Source of the DNA: Minisyncoccia bacterium
Lineage (GTDB): Bacteria; Patescibacteriota; Minisyncoccia; Phycocordibacterales; UBA1550
Assembly (NCBI GenBank): GCA_049294435.1
Contig: JBAQCU010000020.1
Location: 79,110-125,310 of the forward strand
Length of the DNA stretch: 46,201 bases
Reading direction: 5' to 3'
Shown here: positions 23,081 to 30,047 of the stretch, piece after piece
Layout of the letters: every line of letters begins with the position of its first letter
Position numbering within the stretch: the first letter of the stretch is position 1
Notes under the pieces: generated by a model
The model's input: the letters and a program-made list of their open reading frames with translations, nothing else
The model's database searches: none
Told to the model about the DNA's origin: nothing
Position numbers and translations under genes: made by a program

Positions 23081-23136
23081 CTCCCCCAGCTTTCACTAAT
23101 TCTCGCTATCGCGAGAATTAGTGAAAGCTGGGGGAG
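23081..23136 (-). terminator. 26 bp perfect hairpin between pheT and the C39-like gene
   Basis: ctcccccagctttcactaattctcgc tatc gcgagaattagtgaaagctgggggag. Starts 8 nt after the pheT stop. No clean U-run follows. Confidence 0.45.
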
Positions 23137-23143
23137 GAATTAA

Positions 23144-25519
23144 TTACCGCACACCAAGTCCTTTTTCAGAAAGTTTTGCAGTAATATTTGCCATTACTTC
23201 ATTTATCTCCATGTCTGAAAGTGTGCGCTCGGGCGACTGGAATACAAGATTGAACGCGTAGGAAGTTTTTGAGTCTTTTGTAAACACGTCGAAAAGTCTA
23301 TCGTGCACAAGCAAATCGGTTCCTTCCGATCTAATGATCTTAATAATTTCATCTTGCGTTACGTCCTGTGTCCACAGTGCAATATCGCGAAGCACAAACG
23401 GGTATGCGGAAATTCTCTTATAAGGAACATTTACTGATGAAGGAGTTAGTGGTTCGTATTTCCCGCTGGTATTTTTGCATACAGGAAGCGGGCACTCCCA
23501 CACGTTACCATTCTCACTCCAGGAAACCTCGACGCCAAAAACATCTTCAACTGCTTTGTGCGCTTGGTGCAGGATTATGCGCTCCATTTCCTCCTTTTTA
23601 GACTGCTTCATATTTTTTGTCACTGTTGCACCGATAGAGATATGTATAGATTCTTTTCCAGCCGAAAAAAATACTGTGCCGATTTCAAACATTAAAATTT
23701 GATCCGTGCCCAATAAAGGGGCGTTGCGCGCATTAAACACGAGGGCTTCTGCCATCCCGTCGGAGAGATTATCGCGGAGAAAATTCACTCCCTCTGCCAT
23801 AGGATTTACGATTTCAACTTTTCCATCTTTGCGAAATGCATAAGTAAAAATCTCGGAGAAACCAAGCGAAGCAAAAGTGTTGCGTACACGAAGCATTGTG
23901 TCGTAAAGATCATTGTGGGTCGGTGTAAAAGCATCTGGAGCAAGTTTTGCAACAGAGATTTTTTCGTACCCTATCAAACGCGCAATCTCTTCAGTGATAT
24001 CTGCAGAAATACGGATATCAAAGCGTTCTGCTGGTGCGACTACTGAAAACCTCTCTTTTTTAATTGCAGGAATTCGTCTCGCCCCTGTGATATTTTTGAA
24101 ACGAGGACTATCTGCGAGTTTTTCAATAAGAACACCACCTGCTTCTCCGATAATTTTATTGTAGCGTGAGGCGTGTGCTATCATTCCGTCGCCAAGATAC
24201 ACGCCCACGTGGTCTATTCCTTGTTCTCGTATTTTTGTCCCTTTCATCCATTCAATACTTTCGTGATAAATCTCGCTACCTTCATTTACTGAGAAAACTA
24301 AATCTCCAGCCTGGAGCGCGTCTAGTGAGACGTCATCTCCAAACACATACTGATCAACTGAAATTCGTGGGATTTTTATTCCCGCTTCTAGATATAGGTA
24401 CGCCACGAACCCTGAGCAGTCAAACTTATTTGGAGCGTCAAATAGTACACTAGCGCCGTAAAAGTACGGAGTGCCGACTAATTCCTTCGCGCGAAGCGCG
24501 ATTTTTTTACCAGGATTTTCAATCTGTTCATATGAAAAACCAAGTCTCGTTAAATCCCGCATTAAGTCCTCCGTTCTATAAGTAATTCCTAAAATACGCG
24601 CAACGTCATTTGATGACATACTAACGCGATATGGGTTAGCTCTACGCGGATACACATCCACTATTTCGCCTGCTTTCGCGTCTGGGAAAATTTCTAAAAG
24701 AAGTTCGGTTGAGCGCTCCATTGCGATCGGCGCAATTTCTGGCGCGCGGTTGTGCTCAAAACGGCGAGATGAATCGGTGCGGATGTTTACCGAGGCAGAC
24801 GCTTTGCGCACGAGAGCCGAATCAAACGTTGCCGATTCCAGTACTATAGTATTTACTTTTGCTCCGACCCCTGCATGCGCGCCTCCTTTCACCCCAGCGA
24901 TTGCTAGTGGCCGTATTTTGTCGGCAATTACAAGGGTTTCATTCGGAAGAATGATGTCTTTACCATCCAACGTCTCAATTTTTTCTTTTGCTTCGTTTGT
25001 ATTGCGCACGATGATTTTAATTCCACCATTTACGTCGCGATTTAACTTATCGGCATCAAATGCGTGCATTGGTTGTCCAAGCTCAAGCATTACAAAATTT
25101 GTCACATCTACAATCGCGTTTATACTTCTCTGCCCTACCGATTCAAGCGCATCACGAAGCCACGCAGGCGATTCACGACCATCTACCCCTTCCACAACTC
25201 TACCAACATATCGCAAACACGCTTTTGGTTCTCTCACTTCAACCTCTAGAGCTGCCCTAATTTCAGATGTTTTTACTTTTGGTGAAAAAGATTTGAGCTT
25301 AACATCGCTGAACACTGCCAACTCTCGCACGAGTCCTATCCACGACAAAAGGTGTCCTCGGTCAGGGGTAATCTTTAATTCAAAAATAGTATCGTCATTT
25401 TTTTTGTCTGTACTTTCGACTTCACAGATGTACTCTAAAAAAATACGTGAGAGCTCCACAGGTTCTGGGAGATTATCGGCGTATTGCGTGAGGTTTTTGT
25501 ACGATGCAAAAATGTTCAT
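23144..25519 (-). CDS. pheT: Phenylalanyl-tRNA synthetase beta subunit with an inserted NlpC/P60 domain
   Basis: 791 aa with B3/4 (RYVGRVV..SPAWLRDALESVGQRSINAIVDVTNFVMLELGQPMHAFD), B5 (SNDVARILGITYRTEDLMRDLTRLGF), then a ~155 aa insert, then the canonical FSVVAPAERFDIRISADITEEIARLIGYEKI and C-terminal domains. Confidence 0.95.
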   Translation of the reverse strand: MNIFASYKNLTQYADNLPEPVELSRIFLEYICEVESTDKKNDDTIFELKITPDRGHLLSWIGLVRELAVFSDVKLKSFSPKVKTSEIRAALEVEVREPKACLRYVGRVVEGVDGRESPAWLRDALESVGQRSINAIVDVTNFVMLELGQPMHAFDADKLNRDVNGGIKIIVRNTNEAKEKIETLDGKDIILPNETLVIADKIRPLAIAGVKGGAHAGVGAKVNTIVLESATFDSALVRKASASVNIRTDSSRRFEHNRAPEIAPIAMERSTELLLEIFPDAKAGEIVDVYPRRANPYRVSMSSNDVARILGITYRTEDLMRDLTRLGFSYEQIENPGKKIALRAKELVGTPYFYGASVLFDAPNKFDCSGFVAYLYLEAGIKIPRISVDQYVFGDDVSLDALQAGDLVFSVNEGSEIYHESIEWMKGTKIREQGIDHVGVYLGDGMIAHASRYNKIIGEAGGVLIEKLADSPRFKNITGARRIPAIKKERFSVVAPAERFDIRISADITEEIARLIGYEKISVAKLAPDAFTPTHNDLYDTMLRVRNTFASLGFSEIFTYAFRKDGKVEIVNPMAEGVNFLRDNLSDGMAEALVFNARNAPLLGTDQILMFEIGTVFFSAGKESIHISIGATVTKNMKQSKKEEMERIILHQAHKAVEDVFGVEVSWSENGNVWECPLPVCKNTSGKYEPLTPSSVNVPYKRISAYPFVLRDIALWTQDVTQDEIIKIIRSEGTDLLVHDRLFDVFTKDSKTSYAFNLVFQSPERTLSDMEINEVMANITAKLSEKGLGVR
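24056..24523 (-). other. NlpC/P60 papain-like hydrolase domain inserted in PheT (about residues 333-488)
   Basis: GTPYFYGASVLFDAPNKFDCSGFVAYLY (catalytic Cys), GDLVFS, IDHVGVYLGDGMIAHAS (His plus third polar residue). The family motifs appear in the canonical order. Confidence 0.75.
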
Positions 25520-25530
25520 GGTGAATTTTT

Positions 25531-26337
25531 CTAAAATTGATTCACGAGCCTAAGGTCACCAGAGTAAAGCAGGCGCACATCTTCAATGCCATATTTAAGC
25601 ATCACGAGCCTGTCTACCCCGACGCCAAAAGCAAATCCACTGTATTTGCGTGGATCAATACCGCTTGCTTGCAAAACATTCGGGTGCACCATCCCACCGC
25701 CCATCACCTCTATCCAACCAGAACGCTTGCATACATTGCACCCTGCACCTTTACACAGGAAACAGGACACATCAATTTCTACCCCTGGCTCCACAAACGG
25801 GAAGAAACTCGGGCGCATTCGCATTTTAATATCATCTCCAAAAAGTTTTTTGAAAAAAAATTCGAGCGTTCCCTTGAACTCAGCCATAGTGACATCTTCT
25901 CCAACCACAAGCCCTTCCACTTGGTGAAATTGCGTCTCATGTGTTGCATCGGTTGCTTCATAACGAAATACTTTTCCAGGCACAACAATGCGGAGCGGCG
26001 GTTTGCTCTTTTCCATATAACGAATCTGAACTGGTGATGTGTGTGTACGCAAGAGGAACTTTTGACCATTGACCATTGACATGTGACTGGAATTCAATTC
26101 CCCTTCAATTGTTTCTTTGTCAATTGTCAATTGTCCTTTCTGGTTGCCACGCAACCAGAAAGTATCCTGCATATCGCGCGCAGGGTGATTCTCTGGAACA
26201 TTGAGCGCGTCAAAATTATAATGCTCGGTTTCAATCTCGGGACCAAGCGCAACTTCAAACCCGAGCTCAGTAAAAATACGCACGATTTCATCCATAGTAC
26301 GTGAGAGGGGGTGGATATGACCAAGTTTTTCTTCCAT
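25531..26337 (-). CDS. pheS: Phenylalanyl-tRNA synthetase alpha subunit (no N-terminal coiled coil)
   Basis: 268 aa with HPARDMQDTFW, LLRTHTSPVQIRYM, FRYEATDATHETQFHQVEG and the Cys knuckle CFLCKGAGCNVCKRSGW. Confidence 0.95.
   Translation of the reverse strand: MEEKLGHIHPLSRTMDEIVRIFTELGFEVALGPEIETEHYNFDALNVPENHPARDMQDTFWLRGNQKGQLTIDKETIEGELNSSHMSMVNGQKFLLRTHTSPVQIRYMEKSKPPLRIVVPGKVFRYEATDATHETQFHQVEGLVVGEDVTMAEFKGTLEFFFKKLFGDDIKMRMRPSFFPFVEPGVEIDVSCFLCKGAGCNVCKRSGWIEVMGGGMVHPNVLQASGIDPRKYSGFAFGVGVDRLVMLKYGIEDVRLLYSGDLRLVNQF
26062..26136. repeat. TTGAC-word element, copy L3, inside the pheS coding sequence (25 codons)
   Basis: ttgaccattgaccattgacatgtgactggaattcaattccccttcaattgtttctttgtcaattgtcaattgtcc. 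Encodes PheS residues G68-Q92 (GQLTIDKETIEGELNSSHMSMVNGQ). Confidence 0.45.
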
Positions 26338-26347
26338 AATCCCTTTA

Positions 26348-26491
26348 GTTTACCTCAACACCTACTTTTTGCATAATTTTTGCCGCCATTCCAAAATTGG
26401 TAAAAAATCTGGTCTAGTCTTACATAACTGGCCTTTTAAGTTAGAAATTAAAAAAAATGGCAATAATGCAAAAGTAAGTGTTGGGGTTTAC
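26348..26491. repeat. Start-codon-proximal inverted-repeat element, copy C (upstream of pheS)
   Basis: Arms gtttacctcaacacctactttttgcataat (26348-26377) / ataatgcaaaagtaagtgttggggtttac (26463-26491). The proximal arm ends 10 nt before the pheS ATG. Confidence 0.7.
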
Positions 26492-26504
26492 ACGAAAAAA
26501 CTCA

Positions 26505-26530
26505 AAAACAAAAAACCGCCGAAGCGGATT
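26505..26530 (-). terminator. Short UUCG-loop terminator after tRNA-Thr
   Basis: Minus strand reads ccgc ttcg gcgg tttttt. Confidence 0.5.
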
Positions 26531-26536
26531 TTTATT

Positions 26537-26612
26537 TGGAGCCATCTCCCGGATTTGAACCGGGGACCTACGCATTACAAGTGCGTTGCTCTACCAACTG
26601 AGCTAAGATGGC
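26537..26612 (-). tRNA. tRNA-Thr (anticodon UGU), CCA encoded
   Basis: GCCATCT TA GCTC AGTTGGTA GAGC A ACGCA CTTGTAA TGCGT AGGTC CCCGG TTCAAAT CCGGG AGATGGC T CCA. Full 76 nt cloverleaf. Confidence 0.95.
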
Positions 26613-26621
26613 AATATTAAA

Positions 26622-26722
26622 ACATGTGACAATTAACTTTTAACATTTGACGAGGGAATTTTTTACTTTGTGAAAAATTCCCTCATTTTTTGTCAATTGT
26701 CAATTGTTCTTCGTCAATTGTT
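26622..26722. repeat. TTGAC-word palindromic element, copy L4
   Basis: acatgtgacaattaacttttaacatttgac [gagggaattttt..aaaaattccctc, 26652-26684] attttttgtcaattgtcaattgttcttcgtcaattg. Confidence 0.5.
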
Positions 26723-27095
26723 TCTTGTATTCTGCCACATCTCGAAGAAAAAAGGAAACGGAACCCTTCTTTCTGATTACCCCCTTCCCTTTCACCATAT
26801 CAAACCATTTACTGTGGCGCTCCTTTATTCTTTGACCAACAAGTTCGGTGAAGTGAAGAATCTCATGAGCGGTCGTATAAAAAGCTGCGAGGGCAAACTT
26901 GCGGATACGCGCAAGGACTACCACACGAAACACATACCACACATGGTGAATTGTGTCGTAAAGCTTGCCGTGGAGTTCTTTCTCAACACCCTCTACAAGC
27001 GAAAGCTTTAGATTACGCAAAGTAATTAGCTTCCACGAAACCATTCCGATTATGGTTGCGAGGGAGAGATAAAATAATGTAATGATTACAAGCAT
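26700..27095 (-). CDS. Hypothetical membrane-anchored protein
   Basis: I prefer the ATG at 27095 (MLVIITLFYLSLATIIGMVSW..). The longer ORF (to 27152) runs into repeat L5. The C-terminus and stop lie inside repeat L4. Confidence 0.55.
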   Translation of the reverse strand: MLVIITLFYLSLATIIGMVSWKLITLRNLKLSLVEGVEKELHGKLYDTIHHVWYVFRVVVLARIRKFALAAFYTTAHEILHFTELVGQRIKERHSKWFDMVKGKGVIRKKGSVSFFLRDVAEYKKQLTKNN

Positions 27096-27097
27096 AT

Positions 27098-27200
27098 GGA
27101 CAGTTGGGACATTTTGGACAAGTGACAATTGACGGGGAACCAAAGCACTCATGCATCATGTCAAATGTTAATTGTTAGCGAAGCGATTGTCAATTGTTGG
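27098..27200. repeat. TTGAC-word palindromic element, copy L5
   Basis: ggacagttgggacattttggacaagtgacaattgacgggg ... catgtcaaatgttaattgttagcgaagcgattgtcaattgttgg. Confidence 0.5.
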
Positions 27201-27222
27201 ACACAAGCTCTGCTTGTGTTCG

Positions 27223-27813
27223 CTACTTTGCTACAGCGAAACGCGAAAAGCGAGCAACGGCGATCTTTTCACCAAATTTCTGAACCCCCCCATCAATTAA
27301 TTGTTTAATAGTAATATCCGGATTTTTTACAAACGCTTGAGCAAGAAGTGTGCGCTCTCCAAAATACCCAACAAGCTTTCCTTCCATCATCTTTGCCTGA
27401 ATGTCCGCTGGCTTGCCAGATTCTAGAACCTCCTTTTTAAATATATCAATCACCTTCTCGCGTACGTCTTCTGTAATCTCTGTTTCGTCAAGATATTGTG
27501 GATTAGTAGCCGTAATGTGCATTGCTATATCGCGAGCCATAGCGATAAATTCCTCATTACGCGCAACGAAGTCAGTCTCACAAGAAAGCTCAACCATCGC
27601 GCCAACATTTTTATTACTATGAATATACGACTCAACTACCCCTGCGCCAAGCTCGCGGTCGCCTTTCTTTTCAGCAATTGAACTGCTTTTCTTGCGAAGT
27701 ATTAAGAGGGCTTTTTCTTTGTCACCATTTGCCTCCTCAAGAGCCTTTTTGCATTGCATCACAGAAATTCCTGTTAATTCGCGTAACTCCTTAATTTGTT
27801 CTGTTGTAATCAT
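27223..27813 (-). CDS. tsf: Elongation factor Ts (short form)
   Basis: 196 aa with an N-terminal UBA-like region: ITTEQIKELRELTGISVMQCKKALEEANGDKEKAL. Confidence 0.95.
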   Translation of the reverse strand: MITTEQIKELRELTGISVMQCKKALEEANGDKEKALLILRKKSSSIAEKKGDRELGAGVVESYIHSNKNVGAMVELSCETDFVARNEEFIAMARDIAMHITATNPQYLDETEITEDVREKVIDIFKKEVLESGKPADIQAKMMEGKLVGYFGERTLLAQAFVKNPDITIKQLIDGGVQKFGEKIAVARFSRFAVAK

Positions 27814-27857
27814 TGGGATAGTTAATAGTTATTAGTTTATAGTCAATAGCAAAAAAA

Positions 27858-28580
27858 CTAAAGACTGCTGACTGCTGACTGCTGACTATTCCGACCGTCT
27901 TTGAACGCCTGTGCGATTTGAGAAACGAAAAAGCTTACACTTGAAACTGACGAGTCATTGCCAGGAATTGGAAAATTAATTTCCTTAATATCACAATCAG
28001 AGCTTGCAAGAGCAACAACAGGAATACCGAGGTGCTGAGCTTCCTTGATAGCGATTGACTCCTTGCGTGGGTCTACGACAAACATTGCCGCAGGTACATC
28101 CTTCATTGAAACGATACCTGCAAAGTTTCTCTCAAGACGCTCAATGTCCTTATCAATAAGCGAGCGTTCTTTCTTTGTATACATAGAGAGCTCGCCTTTT
28201 TCTTTTTTAGAGCGAAGGTCCTCAAGTAACGCAACGCGTTTTTTGATCTCTGGGAAATTTGTGAGAACACCTCCTACCCAACGCTCCACAACGAATGGCA
28301 TATCAATGGATGTCGCTTCATCCTCAACTACCTTCTTTGACTCGCTCTTAGTCCCAACAAAAAGAATTTGCTTACCACCTTTTGCGAGGGTTTTTATAAA
28401 TGTCTTTGCGTTTTCAAGCAGAACACTTGTCTTTTCAAGATCCATAATTTCAATACCATTTTTGGTACCGAAAATAAAAGCCTTTGCTGATGGGTGACGG
28501 CGTGAACGTGAATAGCCGAAATGCGCCCCTGCGGCGAACATTTCGGTTATTAGTCCGTGATTCTCTGCTGTTTTTGTCAT
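27858..28580 (-). CDS. rpsB: 30S ribosomal protein S2
   Basis: 240 aa: AGAHFGYSRSRRHPSAKAFIFGTKNGIEIMDLEKT... Typical S2, upstream of tsf. Confidence 0.97.
   Translation of the reverse strand: MTKTAENHGLITEMFAAGAHFGYSRSRRHPSAKAFIFGTKNGIEIMDLEKTSVLLENAKTFIKTLAKGGKQILFVGTKSESKKVVEDEATSIDMPFVVERWVGGVLTNFPEIKKRVALLEDLRSKKEKGELSMYTKKERSLIDKDIERLERNFAGIVSMKDVPAAMFVVDPRKESIAIKEAQHLGIPVVALASSDCDIKEINFPIPGNDSSVSSVSFFVSQIAQAFKDGRNSQQSAVSSL
27863..27887. repeat. Tandem heptamer (gactgct) x3.6 at the extreme 3' end of rpsB
   Basis: gactgct gactgct gactgct gact. Encodes ..SQQSAVSSL*. Confidence 0.9.
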
Positions 28581-28670
28581 AAATTGTTAGGTTAGCCAGG
28601 TTTTAATTATTTAAAAAGCTCAAGAAGACACTCATGGCCTTATCTTCTCGTCGCCTGTTTACAAGCCGTT

Positions 28671-28699
28671 ATATTACCAGACGACAGCCCAAAATGCAA
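28671..28699 (-). promoter_or_regulatory. Sigma-70 type promoter for rpsB-tsf
   Basis: Minus strand reads TTGCAT (28694-28699), 17 nt spacer ending in TGg, TAATAT (28671-28676). Leader of about 85 nt. Confidence 0.55.
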
Positions 28700-28729
28700 G
28701 AGATTGTGGAACATTCGTGGCATGAATTA

Positions 28730-28755
28730 TAAAAAGAAGCCCTTAACGGGCTTCT
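28730..28755 (-). terminator. Intrinsic terminator overlapping the stop of the 28743 gene
   Basis: Minus strand reads gaagccc gttaa gggcttc tttttat. Confidence 0.6.
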
Positions 28756-29171
28756 TTTGCGAACGGGGAAATTAAGATTGAGCTGTTTCCTTCTGTAAAA
28801 ACTTCCTTCTGTGGGGTTGTAGCTATTCCAATATCCTGAACCAAGATAACAGCATTATGACTTAGATTATTGATCGAATTTTGAAGATTAAGCAAATCCT
28901 CGGCGTTTGCTCTCTCGTGTAGCAAAATTCTATCCTCTGTTTCTTTATTACCATCAGAAGGAACTGCGGACGACAAGTAATTCCCGCCCGTACTTGTAAC
29001 TATATAACTCCCTTTCGCCTCTTCTGTAATCGAACACTCCGCACATTGAACAACTTTAGCCACCTCTTTTTTTAAGGATAATGAAAGAGTATCACCAACG
29101 AAGTGCGAATTCATACATATGACAGTGACAAAAATAACAGTAATGCATACGAAAATAAATTTTAAGAACAT
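28743..29171 (-). CDS. Hypothetical secreted or membrane-anchored protein
   Basis: 142 aa with a hydrophobic N-terminus (MFLKFIFVCITVIFVTVICM). Confidence 0.55.
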   Translation of the reverse strand: MFLKFIFVCITVIFVTVICMNSHFVGDTLSLSLKKEVAKVVQCAECSITEEAKGSYIVTSTGGNYLSSAVPSDGNKETEDRILLHERANAEDLLNLQNSINNLSHNAVILVQDIGIATTPQKEVFTEGNSSILISPFAKEAR

Positions 29172-29312
29172 TTTTCCCTCCTAATAATTATAGTGACAAA
29201 TCCGAAAACAATAATACTAAAGAAGTACTAAAAATACAATCGTTTTAGTGGGACAAGACTAGTCACCTCATTTGTTAAACACGACTACTGATGTGTCGTA
29301 ATAATACAAATG

Positions 29313-29963
29313 TTATCTGCTAAAAGTAATAGAGGAAACAATTTGACGCAATATCTCTATCTCTTTTTCGTCTACTGATTCATTGGAAAGCAGTGGGTGG
29401 ATTTCAAAAACTATGCCAGGGAAAAGTGAGTTTGGGATATTCACAAAAACAGCGACACTTTTATTGGAAAGAACTTGCCCAATTTCCGTATTTCGTACAA
29501 CTATAGCTTTATCACCACCTTTATTCACCGACCAGAACTCACTCGGCACAACACGGTCATCTCCCCATACAAACTTAACAAGATACGCATCACCAACTTT
29601 TTCATATCCATAAGTATCTACAAGACTTCCCCCCCTAGATTTGGTAAAATCCTTTGTAACACCACCAAAGGAAATCCAGTGGTTTTGAGCAAATTCAAGC
29701 ACACCAGTTAATCTGCGACCCGTATCGCCATTCACTACTTGAATATTAACTCTTTTGAAAATATCGGGATACTGAAAAGAGATGCCGAACTCTTTATTCT
29801 GATACATTTTCCATTCCCCTATTTTATTATCAACAATCTCTTTCTTTTGCTGTTGCGAGATAGGGTTGCCCCTATCAGCGAGCCTGCCACCCATAAAAAT
29901 ACTCCACAATGTTACACCACTAACGATAGTAAATATTGCAATTATTATTGTTTTTTTATTCAT
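29313..29963 (-). CDS. Hypothetical secreted or membrane-anchored protein
   Basis: 216 aa from MNKKTIIIAIFTIVSGVTLWSIF. No family recognised. Confidence 0.55.
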   Translation of the reverse strand: MNKKTIIIAIFTIVSGVTLWSIFMGGRLADRGNPISQQQKKEIVDNKIGEWKMYQNKEFGISFQYPDIFKRVNIQVVNGDTGRRLTGVLEFAQNHWISFGGVTKDFTKSRGGSLVDTYGYEKVGDAYLVKFVWGDDRVVPSEFWSVNKGGDKAIVVRNTEIGQVLSNKSVAVFVNIPNSLFPGIVFEIHPLLSNESVDEKEIEILRQIVSSITFSR

Positions 29964-30047
29964 ATTACAAAACATTGTACAGTTAATCCACTAAAAATAC
30001 AAAGAAAAAGGGATGATGTTGTGCATCATCCCTTAAGCCTCATTAAT

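Noticed and set aside
24750-25553. 267-aa ORF on the plus strand, with similar long ORFs at 20542-21060, 5140-5631, 8056-8601, 15806-16321, 16489-16950 and 42239-42718
   Set aside because: Each lies entirely antisense to a gene with unambiguous family motifs (pheT, gyrB, rnr, smc, dnaE, rnj). Their translations are low-complexity Ser/Arg/Leu-rich, as is typical of shadow ORFs.
26369-26620. 83-aa plus-strand ORF
   Set aside because: It starts with TTG inside inverted-repeat element C and reads straight through the complement of tRNA-Thr, so it is an artefact.
26062-27200. Possible CRISPR array, suggested by the recurring tgtcaattgtcaattg strings
   Set aside because: The repeat units are only 8-10 nt, directly tandem or inverted. 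They lack regularly spaced unique spacers of 25-40 nt, and no cas genes are present.
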